A DNA stretch of 64,000 bases from Candidatus Undinarchaeales archaeon (GTDB taxonomy: Archaea > SpSt-1190 > JASMDC01): the NCBI GenBank assembly GCA_030753015.1, contig JASMDC010000005.1, forward strand, positions 32,001 to 96,000, written 5' to 3'. A program made the translations under genes and the position numbers. A model generated the notes under the pieces. It was not told where the DNA came from, searched no databases, and saw only the letters and a program-made list of their open reading frames with translations. Within the stretch, counting starts at the first letter, position 1; every line of letters starts with the position of its first letter. Positions 1-9,627 of this stretch are shown here, one piece after another.

Positions 1-646
1 TGACCACGGGCCCGGTCACAGCGTCCATTCCTGCGAGGTGGACGAAGAGCACCGTCACAGGCAGGGTCAAGGCCACGAACGCAGCGATGAAGCGGGAGAC
101 TGAGCGTCTGCTGCGGCCGGTCGCGAGCATGTCGAAGAGGATGACCGGGACGACCATGACGGCGAAGAGCTTGGTAAGCACCGCCACTCCGCAGAGCAGC
201 CCTGCAGAGAGGTCTTTTCGGGCCAAGTGGCGTTCCAGGGCGAGGACCACGAACAGTAGGGAGAGGGCGTTCCCATCGGTCTGGGCGGCGAACATGAAGC
301 TCCGTGAGCCGAGCAGGAGCGCGCTCGCGAGCACCGCTGCACGCGGTCCATGGAGCCGGGCGCACAACCTGTAGCAGCCTACAAGGAGCCCGAGGTTCAC
401 CAGTGCGGCCACAAGCGTTCCCGCTCGCCACGTCGTGCCAAGGAGCATGAAGGAGCTGGCGAGCACATAGAGCATGGCCGGTGGATGGGCGAAGAAGAAG
501 TCTCTGTAGGGCACCGAGCCACGGAGCACCTCCCGCCCCATGAGGAAGTACACGTTCTCGTCCCCGGCGAGCCGGACGTCCATGGGAGGGTTCACTACCA
601 TGTATATGACGAGGAGGATTATGAGGAGGGTTTGGGCCCGGTCCAT
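1..646 (-). CDS. GT-C fold (ArnT/PMT, GT39-like) membrane glycosyltransferase, runs off the window edge
   Basis: Not in the ORF track. Manual translation from ATG at 646 gives MDRAQTLLIILLVIYMVVNPPMDVRLAGDENVYFLMGREVLRGSVPYRDFFFAHPPAMLY..., i.e. a TM helix then DE..Y and PYRDFF.HPP motifs. AAGGAG RBS upstream. Confidence 0.8.
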   Translation of the reverse strand, partial: MDRAQTLLIILLVIYMVVNPPMDVRLAGDENVYFLMGREVLRGSVPYRDFFFAHPPAMLYVLASSFMLLGTTWRAGTLVAALVNLGLLVGCYRLCARLHGPRAAVLASALLLGSRSFMFAAQTDGNALSLLFVVLALERHLARKDLSAGLLCGVAVLTKLFAVMVVPVILFDMLATGRSRRSVSRFIAAFVALTLPVTVLFVHLAGMDAVTGPVV

Positions 647-706
647 GTCCGCTCCTTCCCTCCACGGACCAGAGTAATAAATAATTACCCGCACTGGCCC
701 TCCTCG

Positions 707-2107
707 ATGACGGATGTGGACGAACGTACTCTCGTTGTTGGTCTCGTCCTCGCACTCGGCCTTCTGACGACCGGCTTCCTCTTCACCAATGAGGCGCCGC
801 GGTTCAGCCTTGCTCTCGCTCTCGGGATGCGTGGCGAGGTCACGATCGACCGTTTCCTCCCCCAGGCCATCCACCCCACCTACAAGCCCATCGATTTCGC
901 TGTCAAGGACGGACGATACGTCAGCGATAAGGGTCCGCTCCAGTCCATGCTCGCGGTCCCCTTGGTATGGCTGCTCCTGAAAGTGAATGCCCCTATGATC
1001 ATGGGCGTATATCTCACGACGTTCCTCCTCGCTGCGCTCCCCACCGCACTCACGGCCCTTCTCATCTTCAGGTTCGGTCAACGCGTCCACCGCACCGGGA
1101 CGGTCTCTCCCGCGCTCCCGGCGCTCGTGTACGCCCTCGCGACCCATGCGTTCTTCTACGGCACCTTGTTCTTTGCGTACGCCCTGACGACCTTCCTCGC
1201 GTTCGCGAGCTTCTACCTGTTGTTCACCGCTGACCGTGAACAGGACCGAGCGTGGGCAATCGCTGCAGGCGTGCTTGTAGGACTCGCCGGCACCAACGAC
1301 TACCCCGCAATACTGCTCACCCCCTGCCTCCTACTCTACTGTCGTATGAAGGCCCCTCGCCTCGTGCCCGGATTCCTCGTCGGATCGCTGGCGGCCCTGT
1401 CCCTTCTTCCTATCTACCATTACGCGCTGTTCGGTGAGCCTTTTTCACCCCCTCACAGATACCATAACATGAGCGGTACCCACCAACAGGGAGTGTACAT
1501 GGGCGTGGGCAAGTTCACTCCCGAGGCCTTCTTCGGGGTCACCGTGGGCCCCTCACGGGGTCTTTTCGTCATTTCCCCCGTGCTCATCATCGCCATTGTG
1601 CTCCTCGGACGGCTCCACAGGCGCCATCCTGCTGAGACCATGCTCATCGTCGCGGTCTCTATTGCCCTCTTCCTGTTCCAGACCTCTTTCATCGACTGGA
1701 GGGGTGGTAACTCGTTCGGGCCCCGCTATCTCGTACCCACACTTCCCTTCCTCGTCCTCCCACTCCTCACTCTTCGCCGTCACGGGCCCATCTGGCCGGT
1801 CTTCCTCGCTCTCCTGGCCGTCTCGTTCCTGGTCAACCTCGTGTGCGCGGCATCCCACCTACCGAAGACCAAGGACAGGTATCCTGCAGAGGGCGCGTTC
1901 CTCCGCTGGGCTACAGGAACACAGCTCTTCAGGTTGATCCCTGAGACCGGCGAACCCTACGAGGACGTCACCCTTCGGCCGAAGGTCCACCCGCTCATCT
2001 ACTGGGCGGATCTCGACGACAACGAGCAGCTCGTCCGGGTACCCACACTGTTGTCAGGCCTCATCGGTGCTCTGCTGCTCCGCCGGGCCCTGGACGGCGG
2101 CGGATAG
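707..2107 (+). CDS. Multi-TM GT-C-like membrane protein, paralog 1
   Basis: Start reassigned to ATG 707 (MTDVDERTLVVG) by homology to the paralogs and a TATA-like TAATAAATAA at ~676. Many TM helices; motifs TNEAPRF, SDKGP, WRGGNSFGPRY. Confidence 0.75.
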   Translation: MTDVDERTLVVGLVLALGLLTTGFLFTNEAPRFSLALALGMRGEVTIDRFLPQAIHPTYKPIDFAVKDGRYVSDKGPLQSMLAVPLVWLLLKVNAPMIMGVYLTTFLLAALPTALTALLIFRFGQRVHRTGTVSPALPALVYALATHAFFYGTLFFAYALTTFLAFASFYLLFTADREQDRAWAIAAGVLVGLAGTNDYPAILLTPCLLLYCRMKAPRLVPGFLVGSLAALSLLPIYHYALFGEPFSPPHRYHNMSGTHQQGVYMGVGKFTPEAFFGVTVGPSRGLFVISPVLIIAIVLLGRLHRRHPAETMLIVAVSIALFLFQTSFIDWRGGNSFGPRYLVPTLPFLVLPLLTLRRHGPIWPVFLALLAVSFLVNLVCAASHLPKTKDRYPAEGAFLRWATGTQLFRLIPETGEPYEDVTLRPKVHPLIYWADLDDNEQLVRVPTLLSGLIGALLLRRALDGGG

Positions 2108-2152
2108 CCCCCGACCATTTTTTTAAACAATGACCGGCATTTGAGTGCCTGC

Positions 2153-2902
2153 ATGAAGGCGGTCGGCGAGAAGGTTGTGATGGTCGTCCCCGTGTACAAC
2201 GAGCGGGAGAACATCGCTCCTTTCCTCCTCGACATGGAGAAGGTCGCCTCCTCACTACCTGCAGTCTTTACCATCCTCTTCGTCGAGGGAGGCTCCTCCG
2301 ACGGTACCGGGGATGCCGTGGACGAAGCTGCCGTACGCCTCCCCAACCTGGTGAGCGTGCTCCACGAGGAGAAAAAGGAGGGTCTCGGTGCTGCCTACCT
2401 CAAGGGATTCGCCCGGGCCCTGGATGACCCTGACGCCCTCTTCATCGGCGAGATGGACGTGGACGGCTCCCATGATCCTGACGTGCTCCCAAAGCTCCTG
2501 AAGGCTGTTCAGAAGGGGTATGGGATGGCCCTGGGCTCACGGGCCGTGGAGGGCGGTGGGACACCGGACTGGCCCATCCACCGACGCATGATCAGCGGAG
2601 GCGCGAACCTCCTCGGACGGGCCGGTTCGGCGTTCTCCATCGGCGACGTCACGACAGGCTACCGGCTCTACCGCCGGGAGGTGCTGGACGATATCGACCT
2701 CGGTGCCATCGAGACCCGTGGCTATGCGTTCCAGCTCGAGATGGTGGCAGCCGTGCTCAATGCTGAATTCACCGTGGCCGAGATACCCCTGGTGTTCCAC
2801 GACCGCGAACGAGGGGCCTCCAAGCTCCGCTCCAATGACATCATCGAGTACTTCCTCCTCTCCCTCCGGCTCATAGTCCGGCGGATATTGGGCAGAAAGT
2901 GA
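2153..2902 (+). CDS. Polyprenol-phosphate mannose synthase-like GT2 (Dpm1/Ppm1 family)
   Basis: VPVYNE, SSDGT, GLGAAYLKGF, MDVDGSH, GSR, DVTTGYR, GYAFQLE, F.DRERGASK motifs. Confidence 0.85.
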   Translation: MKAVGEKVVMVVPVYNERENIAPFLLDMEKVASSLPAVFTILFVEGGSSDGTGDAVDEAAVRLPNLVSVLHEEKKEGLGAAYLKGFARALDDPDALFIGEMDVDGSHDPDVLPKLLKAVQKGYGMALGSRAVEGGGTPDWPIHRRMISGGANLLGRAGSAFSIGDVTTGYRLYRREVLDDIDLGAIETRGYAFQLEMVAAVLNAEFTVAEIPLVFHDRERGASKLRSNDIIEYFLLSLRLIVRRILGRK

Positions 2903-2923
2903 CGAGCACGTCGTTATCAGATT

Positions 2924-3592
2924 TCACCGCCGCCGCTGGAAGCGCGGTCGCACTTCCCGTGCTACCACCTCGACGCTCTCGTCGGGTGCCAGCTCCCGTC
3001 GAAGGAAAACACCCGTGCGGCCGATAGCATCCCGTCGAACGAGCACGGACACACGTTCCTCGACGACCGCCAGGGGGACTTCGAGGGCACGGGCCACCTG
3101 GGACGGACCGACCTCCTGTGCAGCCTCCTCCGTATGGCCCTTGGATGTGGGCGTCACCAGAACGAGCCGCTTGTCCACACCGGGCACGCGCATATCGGTG
3201 CGGAGCCCGGGGAGGTCCAGAGCGCCGCCGAACCGGTGGAACCCCTCCTCCGCAGGTGTTGGATGCCACAAGGGATGGGTAACGGTGACCTCGGGATCCA
3301 GGTGGTAGTGGGCCTTGGGAGTGAGCCAGGGTGTTGCGGCCACCACCTCGCGCCGGGTTACATCGAGCCGCGACTCCACTTCGAGCGAAGGTATGTGGCG
3401 GGGGACGATTATGTCAATGTCGCTGCCCCGATGGACGTCACCCCGGGCCACCGAACCATATACCTGCGGGGCCAGGTCCCCAAGCCGCTCCATGACGGCC
3501 AGTGCGACGCTCCGCTTCGCCGCCAAGAGCTCCCAGTGCTCGGTATCGTACACGACATCGGCGCGATGATGGTGGAGGACCTTCTCACGCAA
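2924..3592 (-). CDS. Archaeal predicted nucleotidyltransferase (COG2413-like)
   Basis: GSVARGDVHRGSDIDI Pol-beta motif; RVPGVDKRL and RRDAIGRTGVFL typical of this archaeal family; TTG start. Confidence 0.8.
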   Translation of the reverse strand: MREKVLHHHRADVVYDTEHWELLAAKRSVALAVMERLGDLAPQVYGSVARGDVHRGSDIDIIVPRHIPSLEVESRLDVTRREVVAATPWLTPKAHYHLDPEVTVTHPLWHPTPAEEGFHRFGGALDLPGLRTDMRVPGVDKRLVLVTPTSKGHTEEAAQEVGPSQVARALEVPLAVVEERVSVLVRRDAIGRTGVFLRRELAPDESVEVVAREVRPRFQRRR

Positions 3593-3599
3593 CGGGCCC

Positions 3600-5741
3600 T
3601 CACCGGTGGCGGATGAATGCGTCCATCCACTGGGACCAGTACTGCACCGGGTTCTTCACAGGCACGGGATCGTTGTTGTTCCCGTTGGGCGAGGGATTGC
3701 GGCCTTCCGGTAGCGAAAAGAGCTCGTTGTTATAGAACACCGCCTGCTCCTCCACCATATGGGCCAGATTGCTGTCAAGGACATCGCGGATGACGTCCTC
3801 CTCCCCCACTGACTCCAGGAGGCCGATGAGGTACGGGGTGTCCCGAGGCCACACCACGGCCTCGTGGTACTGCTCGTCTCCGTAGTAGATACGCTCGTCA
3901 GAGTCCTTGACCAGGATACCGAAGGCCTTGCCCCCTCGCTCGATGAGCAGGTTGTCACGGGTGGTGTCCCATACCCTGCGCAGTTCGTCCTTCGAGAAGA
4001 CGTCCGTACCGAGCATGGAGGCGGCAACGACCGCGGGTGAGCCCCGGGTGGCGTCCTTCCGGCCATTAGCGTCCACCATATTGTAGAGGAATCCTTCCTG
4101 GTCGTTCCAGAACACGTCCTTGTAGCTAGCGGCCCCCAGGGTGTGAAGGATCTCGCATCGCTCGGCGAGCTTGTCGTCACCGGCCTTGCGCGCCACCTCG
4201 GCGCCATGGGAGAGCATGGTCAGCCACTGTGCGTTGACCTCTGGCAGGAAATAGGAGGGCAGGTAGAACTCGTGTCGCGCCTGGTCGCCGCCGACCTCGC
4301 GCACGCGCTCCTCCTCCCATCCGCGCGGGATCCGCTCGGGCAACATATGGCCACCAACCTCGCGCTTGGAGTCGGTCCAGGTGTGCCAGGCAACGGAACG
4401 GATGAGACCGTTGTCCGTTACTACGGGAGCCCCGTCCTCGGTCCCGGGATCGGCGGCGGAGAATCCGTCAAGGGTGCGTCGGAGGCTTCCAAGAACCTCC
4501 TGTGAAAATGATCGGTCACCACTGTCCGTAGCGATACGCAGGCCCGTGTCGATGCACAGGAGCGTGGCGTCCACGGCATTGTAGCTCACAGGCTCACCAG
4601 CACGCTCGGGGAGCTTGTTGGGGATGCGACCTGTATCGTCCTGGAGCTTGAGCCCGGCGCGGACCAGGTCCTTGACGAAGTCATCGCCCTTGATCGTCCG
4701 GTAGGTCTCGTAGCTCGAGCGGACGCCTTCGTAGGCGTCGCGGAACCAGGCGTTCCTGAACCACCAGCCACCCGCCTCAGGTACCGTTGTATCGCCTACG
4801 CGTATGCCGAAGTTGGCCAGCGTTACTGCGCGGTTGAGCACGAGGCCCTCGCGCTCGTCACTCGGGTCCAGTCCGAGCTTCTGTGCCATGGAGGTGATGC
4901 GATACTCCTCGGCTCGCTCGTTGGCCGCATGTGTCATTGTCGCGTCCTGGTAGGCATCGCGCACGGCACCCTCGCCGCGCCCGGCCGCGAACACGACATC
5001 CAGGGCATCTCCGCCAGCCACATCGGCCTCTAGCTTGCCAGCGAATGTCGGGTGTTTCCACTCCTCGCGGAACAAGATGCCTTCAGGCCCCTCTGTCCGG
5101 GACCCCGATCCGAGCTTGTAGCCCCAGGGCATGGTCCGACGGAAGTCCTCGGCGCGTGCGTCCCGCGCTCCTATGAGGAGATACCTGTCGCCGCGGGCCG
5201 CGAACAGTGCGCCGGTGCCAGAGTCCACCCACGAACCGATCTCGTTGGGTGAGGAGCCGTCGTACATATGGCGGATGTCCACGAGCGGGCTCACCGAGAG
5301 ATGGAGCCCATTCTCCTGGCTGTCGACGTTGTACCGGACACGACCGGTGATACCGTCGGCGTCGCCTCCGTCGAGGAGGAAGTAGTCAACATCGACCGAA
5401 CCAACGTTCTCGCCATCGCGTATCATATCGTAATGATAGACGGCCTTATGCGCGTGAGCGGTGACCGATGTGGGCTTGAGGTCGAGCCACTGATCGCCCT
5501 GGCGCACACCGAACGCCATGGAGTCGAGATACTTCCAGTTCTCGCCCTCGGAGTGAACGTTCAGGCCCTCATAGGAAAAGTCACGGTTGGGCGCCATATA
5601 GATGCCCTGGTCCGGGAGGACCGAAGCGGAGAACACCGAGAGCGACATCTCGGCCTGGGGACGCCTGAGCACTACCCGTTGGTTGCGGGCGAATCCCCAG
5701 TCAGGATTCTCGTCACAATCCACGGAGTATCCTGTCTCCAT
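3600..5741 (-). CDS. Amylo-alpha-1,6-glucosidase / glycogen debranching enzyme (GH133-like)
   Basis: AGGWWF..W.RD, GRIPN, YNAVDATL, TWTDS, EVNAQW, YH..VVWP motifs. Start set at ATG 5741, 25 nt below a TATA element. Confidence 0.8.
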   Translation of the reverse strand: METGYSVDCDENPDWGFARNQRVVLRRPQAEMSLSVFSASVLPDQGIYMAPNRDFSYEGLNVHSEGENWKYLDSMAFGVRQGDQWLDLKPTSVTAHAHKAVYHYDMIRDGENVGSVDVDYFLLDGGDADGITGRVRYNVDSQENGLHLSVSPLVDIRHMYDGSSPNEIGSWVDSGTGALFAARGDRYLLIGARDARAEDFRRTMPWGYKLGSGSRTEGPEGILFREEWKHPTFAGKLEADVAGGDALDVVFAAGRGEGAVRDAYQDATMTHAANERAEEYRITSMAQKLGLDPSDEREGLVLNRAVTLANFGIRVGDTTVPEAGGWWFRNAWFRDAYEGVRSSYETYRTIKGDDFVKDLVRAGLKLQDDTGRIPNKLPERAGEPVSYNAVDATLLCIDTGLRIATDSGDRSFSQEVLGSLRRTLDGFSAADPGTEDGAPVVTDNGLIRSVAWHTWTDSKREVGGHMLPERIPRGWEEERVREVGGDQARHEFYLPSYFLPEVNAQWLTMLSHGAEVARKAGDDKLAERCEILHTLGAASYKDVFWNDQEGFLYNMVDANGRKDATRGSPAVVAASMLGTDVFSKDELRRVWDTTRDNLLIERGGKAFGILVKDSDERIYYGDEQYHEAVVWPRDTPYLIGLLESVGEEDVIRDVLDSNLAHMVEEQAVFYNNELFSLPEGRNPSPNGNNNDPVPVKNPVQYWSQWMDAFIRHR

Positions 5742-5766
5742 CTGGCACGGTTTCGCTAGACCGCCG

Positions 5767-5781
5767 GTATTTATACCTTTC
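5767..5781 (-). promoter_or_regulatory. BRE/TATA promoter GAAAGGTATAAATAC
   Basis: Purine-rich BRE plus TATAAATA; identical 15-mer at 11642-11656. Confidence 0.7.
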
Positions 5782-5850
5782 CCAGCAGCGTGCCGTGTCA
5801 CTCGGACAAGGGCGCGTGTGGTGACCGTCACCACCGCGGGAACGCCGGGC

Positions 5851-6924
5851 CTACTCCAGATCCTCAGCGATCTTTGCGTAGATCGTGAGATACTGGTCGG
5901 CAATGGCGTCCCAGGTGAATCTTTCTTCGACTCTTTGTCGCGCATGCTTCCCGAACTCCTGGCGCAGCCCCTCGTCCTCCTTGAGAGTGCGCCCGTACTT
6001 TACCAGCCCCTCGTAGTCCTTGGCGAGGAGGCCGGTGCTCCCATCGACAACTACGTCCCGGTTGCTCACGACGTCGTAGGCGAGCACGGGCTTGCCGCAG
6101 GCACAGGCCTCCAGGATGGTGAGGGTCATCCCTTCCCATCCACTGGCCGTAGCGTAGAACGCAGCGCGGCGGTAGGTATCGATCAGGTCCTCTTCGCTCA
6201 GCCCCGTCATGATGTCCAGCTCGACACCGAGCTTGGACGCCAGGAGCATGAGCTCGTCCTTCTGGGGCCCCCGGCCGATTATCTTGAGGGGCATGTCGAT
6301 GTCAGCTGCCAGCTGTACGAGCTGCTCGACCCGTTTCTGTCCGATGAGCCGGCCTACGAAGAGCATGTAGCCCTCGTCCTCCCCCGTGGGGCTGAACGAG
6401 CTTGTGTCCACACCATTGGGGATGTAGGTCGCATCCTTGACCCTGTACGTCCCCTCCAGCTCCTCCTTCTGGGTGAGGGACACGGTAGTGACCCGGTGCA
6501 TTCGGCGATAGAGCGCCGTCGTGCCTCCCAGGAATCCGGCCCTGGCGATCTTCTTCGGTGCCATGGCCGGGTCCAGGGCCATGCTGTACCACCCGTGATA
6601 CGTGCACAGGTAGTTGCGTCGGCCGTTACCCAGAGCCGCCCAGTTGAGCACGGCATGATGGAGGTGGAAGATACCGGTCTCGTTCAGCATGCGGTTGCGA
6701 ACGGTCGTGAGCATCCAGAGCACCTTGTGACGGGTGTCCTTGGTCTTGACCACTTCGATCTCAAGGTTCCGCAGATCGGGATAGTCCACCTCGAACCCGC
6801 TCTCGGCGACCAGGACCTTGACGGGGTGGACCTTCCTGACCCGATCGATGAGGCCGAACATCACTCGGTCGATGCCCCCGCCCTCGATGAAGGTGTTGTT
6901 CACGTGGATTATCTCGGCGACCGT
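5851..6924 (-). CDS. GT4 glycosyltransferase, start uncertain (ACG at 6924 or GTG at 6903)
   Basis: IPNGVD, FVGRL..K, EGMTLTILEA, FTWD motifs. The first beta-strand EIIHVN lies upstream of the GTG. Confidence 0.8.
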   Translation of the reverse strand, partial: TVAEIIHVNNTFIEGGGIDRVMFGLIDRVRKVHPVKVLVAESGFEVDYPDLRNLEIEVVKTKDTRHKVLWMLTTVRNRMLNETGIFHLHHAVLNWAALGNGRRNYLCTYHGWYSMALDPAMAPKKIARAGFLGGTTALYRRMHRVTTVSLTQKEELEGTYRVKDATYIPNGVDTSSFSPTGEDEGYMLFVGRLIGQKRVEQLVQLAADIDMPLKIIGRGPQKDELMLLASKLGVELDIMTGLSEEDLIDTYRRAAFYATASGWEGMTLTILEACACGKPVLAYDVVSNRDVVVDGSTGLLAKDYEGLVKYGRTLKEDEGLRQEFGKHARQRVEERFTWDAIADQYLTIYAKIAEDLE

Positions 6925-7830
6925 TCAGACCACCCCCCGCAGGAAACCCGAAGCGTACGTTATGAAGCGCACAAGTGCCAGAGGCAGGAACGCGATGGCC
7001 GCGAGACCATGATCATTGAGCCCTTGGAAGAGCACAGGCAGCCCGTCCACCATCAGGAAGGCGACCAATAGGAGCGTCAGCGCCAATCCCCCGGCCGGAA
7101 CGAAAGGCGCAGCGATCGCAAGAGGGATGAGCACAAGGCCGCCCAGGCAGTAGAGGGTGTTGCCCGGATTGTGAAGGCCGTGCTTGCGCACGAGCCGCCC
7201 CTGGCCGACGCCGTAGCCGAACTGCTGACGGAGCCAGGGACCGATCGAGGCGCGGTGGTGATGGCGGGCCTTTGCTTTGGGGACGTAGACCGCTTCGAAT
7301 CCGGCCGCCTCCGCCCTGATGAGCAGGTCCAGGTCCTCGCCGGTGGGCAGCTGCGTGTCGAACCCGTCCAGATCGTCAAGGAGCTTTCGTGTGTATGCGG
7401 TGCACCAGGATGGCGCTCGCGCCGGTGCGCGGTGGAAGTGGAGCTCCGTGCGTGAACCCTCGAACCGCTCCACCAGTGTAAGAGCGCCTGCGGCCCCTAC
7501 CCTTCCGGTGGCGATGGCGATGTTGTCCTTCAGTGCAGGGAGGAGGGCGGACAGGAATCCTTTCTCGAGGTTTATGTCCGCATCCACGAAGAGGACCACA
7601 TTACCGCTCGTCTCTGCGATGCCGCGATTGCGAGCGCGGGCGATGCCGCGTGTCCCCTCGATGACCACCCGGGCGCCATGCTCGGCCGCGAGCTCCCGCG
7701 TGCCATCAGTGGAACCTCCATCGACCACGACGACCTCTGCTGGCGGGGGCTCTTGGGCAGCGAGGCTATCCAGCGTCGCAGCAACGGTGTCCACGTTGTC
7801 CAGGGTGAGCACGACCGCGCTGACCTCCAC
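6925..7830 (-). CDS. GT2 glycosyltransferase with C-terminal TM helices
   Basis: VVDGGSTDGT, ARARNRG, FVDAD, GED, Q..GYG motifs; GTG 7830 lies ~25 nt from a TATA-like element. Confidence 0.85.
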   Translation of the reverse strand: MEVSAVVLTLDNVDTVAATLDSLAAQEPPPAEVVVVDGGSTDGTRELAAEHGARVVIEGTRGIARARNRGIAETSGNVVLFVDADINLEKGFLSALLPALKDNIAIATGRVGAAGALTLVERFEGSRTELHFHRAPARAPSWCTAYTRKLLDDLDGFDTQLPTGEDLDLLIRAEAAGFEAVYVPKAKARHHHRASIGPWLRQQFGYGVGQGRLVRKHGLHNPGNTLYCLGGLVLIPLAIAAPFVPAGGLALTLLLVAFLMVDGLPVLFQGLNDHGLAAIAFLPLALVRFITYASGFLRGVV

Positions 7831-7852
7831 GGTGTGGGGGGGTGGCTGCACC

Positions 7853-7866
7853 CTTTTAATGCTTAT
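7853..7866. promoter_or_regulatory. Candidate bidirectional TATA element between divergent GT2 and GT4 genes
   Basis: The only AT-rich patch (CTTTTAATGCTTAT) in a 53-nt gap, ~20-25 nt from both starts. Confidence 0.5.
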
Positions 7867-7883
7867 CCACCACATAGCATCCC

Positions 7884-9014
7884 ATGCGCCTGTGCCTCTA
7901 CAGCCCGTCGCTCGGTGAGGTTGTCGCCGGGGGTGCCGAGACCTTCGGTCGGGAGATCGCACGCCGGCTCTCAAGGCGCCATGAGGTCCATGTAGTGTGC
8001 GGCGGCACCGTAGCGCCCGAACTCGCAGCGATAAAGGACATCACGTTCCATACATTCCCATACGTGCGGCGCAATTCAGCCCCGGCGGACGCCTTCCGCA
8101 GTCTCACCCGTTACCATCTGGACGCCTTCTGGCTGGAATCGGTGTCCTTCTTCCCGGCGGCAAAGCGACACTTCACAGAGAACGAGTACGACCTCGTGGC
8201 CGTGCTCTATCCACCGGATTCCATGGTGCGCTCCGTGGCCAAAGGGAAGCTCGCCGTCCATTTCCAGGGCTATCCCGTGGGGAGTATCAAGCGGCGGATC
8301 TACAAGCGCATCCTCGACAGGTACGATCCAGAGGTATCCGCGTCGTGCAGCCGATTCGTGGCTGAGCGTGTCCGCGAGTCGCTGGGGATCGAGAGCGCGG
8401 TGGTTTACAACGGCGTTGACACGAAACGTTTTGCACCAGGTAAGCGTGATCCCGAACTCATGGAGGCCTTCCTGCTGGAAGATCGCCAGGCAGTGCTCTT
8501 CGTCGGCCGGTTCACCAAACAGAAGGGTGTGGACACCCTCCTGCGCGCCATTGCCCGGATGCCCGACGACACGGTGCTCCTCTTGGCAGGTGGAGGACCG
8601 CTTGAAGAACGGCTACGTGCGTTGGCCAAGGAACTGGGCATAGAGGAGCGGATCCGGTTCCTGGGCGTCGTGGCCCACCATGAGCTTCCCCGGCTCTACA
8701 AAGCGGCCAACGTCGTGGCCGTTCCCTCGAACATGGAACCACTGGGGATCGTCTGCCTCGAGGCCATGGCCTGTGGTGCTCCCGTGGTAGCATCGGACGT
8801 GGGAGGGCTGCCCGAGCTCGTGGGAGAGGACGCTGGACAGCTCATAGAGCCCGGTGACCCGGAGGGTCTGGCCCAGGGGCTCACAACGGTGCTTGAGGAC
8901 GATAAGCTGGCACGTCGCATGGGCGCCGCGGGGAGAAAACGGGCCGAGAAGATGGACTGGGACGCAATCTCTGCCCAGGTAGAGGACCTCTACCTCGCCG
9001 GGTTAAAAGAGTGA
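7884..9014 (+). CDS. GT4 glycosyltransferase
   Basis: GGAE, YNGVD, FVGRFTKQKG, EPLGIVCLEAMACG motifs. Confidence 0.9.
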   Translation: MRLCLYSPSLGEVVAGGAETFGREIARRLSRRHEVHVVCGGTVAPELAAIKDITFHTFPYVRRNSAPADAFRSLTRYHLDAFWLESVSFFPAAKRHFTENEYDLVAVLYPPDSMVRSVAKGKLAVHFQGYPVGSIKRRIYKRILDRYDPEVSASCSRFVAERVRESLGIESAVVYNGVDTKRFAPGKRDPELMEAFLLEDRQAVLFVGRFTKQKGVDTLLRAIARMPDDTVLLLAGGGPLEERLRALAKELGIEERIRFLGVVAHHELPRLYKAANVVAVPSNMEPLGIVCLEAMACGAPVVASDVGGLPELVGEDAGQLIEPGDPEGLAQGLTTVLEDDKLARRMGAAGRKRAEKMDWDAISAQVEDLYLAGLKE

Positions 9015-9050
9015 GTCTTTTTAATGGAGGAATGCACTTAGTAGTGCTGT

Positions 9051-9539
9051 ATGGTCCTACATATGGACTTCTCCTTGATGGACGGGACCTCTAAGGCCAT
9101 CTTCATCATCCTCGTTTTCATCGTCACCTACATCTTCGCCCTCATCCCCCTTGGCATGATGCTCTCGCCCGAGACCACGCTTGCATACAATATGATGAAC
9201 GGTGACACTCCGCAGCTGCGCCTGCTCAACATGCTGGCGGTTGTCGTTGCGCTCGCGGTGGGCTTCCTGGTCTCCTACAACATCGCATTGGCCCAGCGAG
9301 ATGAGCCCGAGCACCAGCTGGAGATCATCAAGAAAGCATTGAGCGATGATGAGCGACTCATCATCGAGGAGGTGGAGCGCTCCGGCGAGATCACGCAGGA
9401 CTCACTGCGCTTCCGCCTGGACTGGAGCAAGGCCAAGGTATCCACGGTGCTCAGCAATCTGGATCGGATGGGCGTCATCCAGCGTGAGCGGATGGGTAAG
9501 ACCTACAAGGTGTTCCTCGACTCGTCCCGAGTATCCTGA
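9051..9539 (+). CDS. Membrane-anchored winged-HTH protein (COG2512-like)
   Basis: Two N-terminal TM helices; C-terminal LSDDERLII..GEITQDSL..WSKAKVSTVLSNL...ERMGKT wHTH. Confidence 0.75.
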   Translation: MVLHMDFSLMDGTSKAIFIILVFIVTYIFALIPLGMMLSPETTLAYNMMNGDTPQLRLLNMLAVVVALAVGFLVSYNIALAQRDEPEHQLEIIKKALSDDERLIIEEVERSGEITQDSLRFRLDWSKAKVSTVLSNLDRMGVIQRERMGKTYKVFLDSSRVS

Positions 9540-9627
9540 GACCGGCCGGCGAGCGCAAAGTCATCCATTTATCCTTTTCCCCACGAATCCCCTTTATACC
9601 TACGTTAACGGTAAAGGACGAAGCATC

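Noticed and set aside
350-706. His/Glu-rich N-terminal extension of the 585-aa ORF
   Set aside because: It is the antisense shadow of the minus-strand GT-C gene; the paralogs start at the equivalent of 707
6925-6927. Selenocysteine decoding of the in-frame TGA
   Set aside because: It lies in a linker position, not a redox motif; no SECIS or Sec machinery visible
5602-7071. 489-aa plus-strand ORF
   Set aside because: Antisense shadow of the GT4 gene, no recognisable motifs
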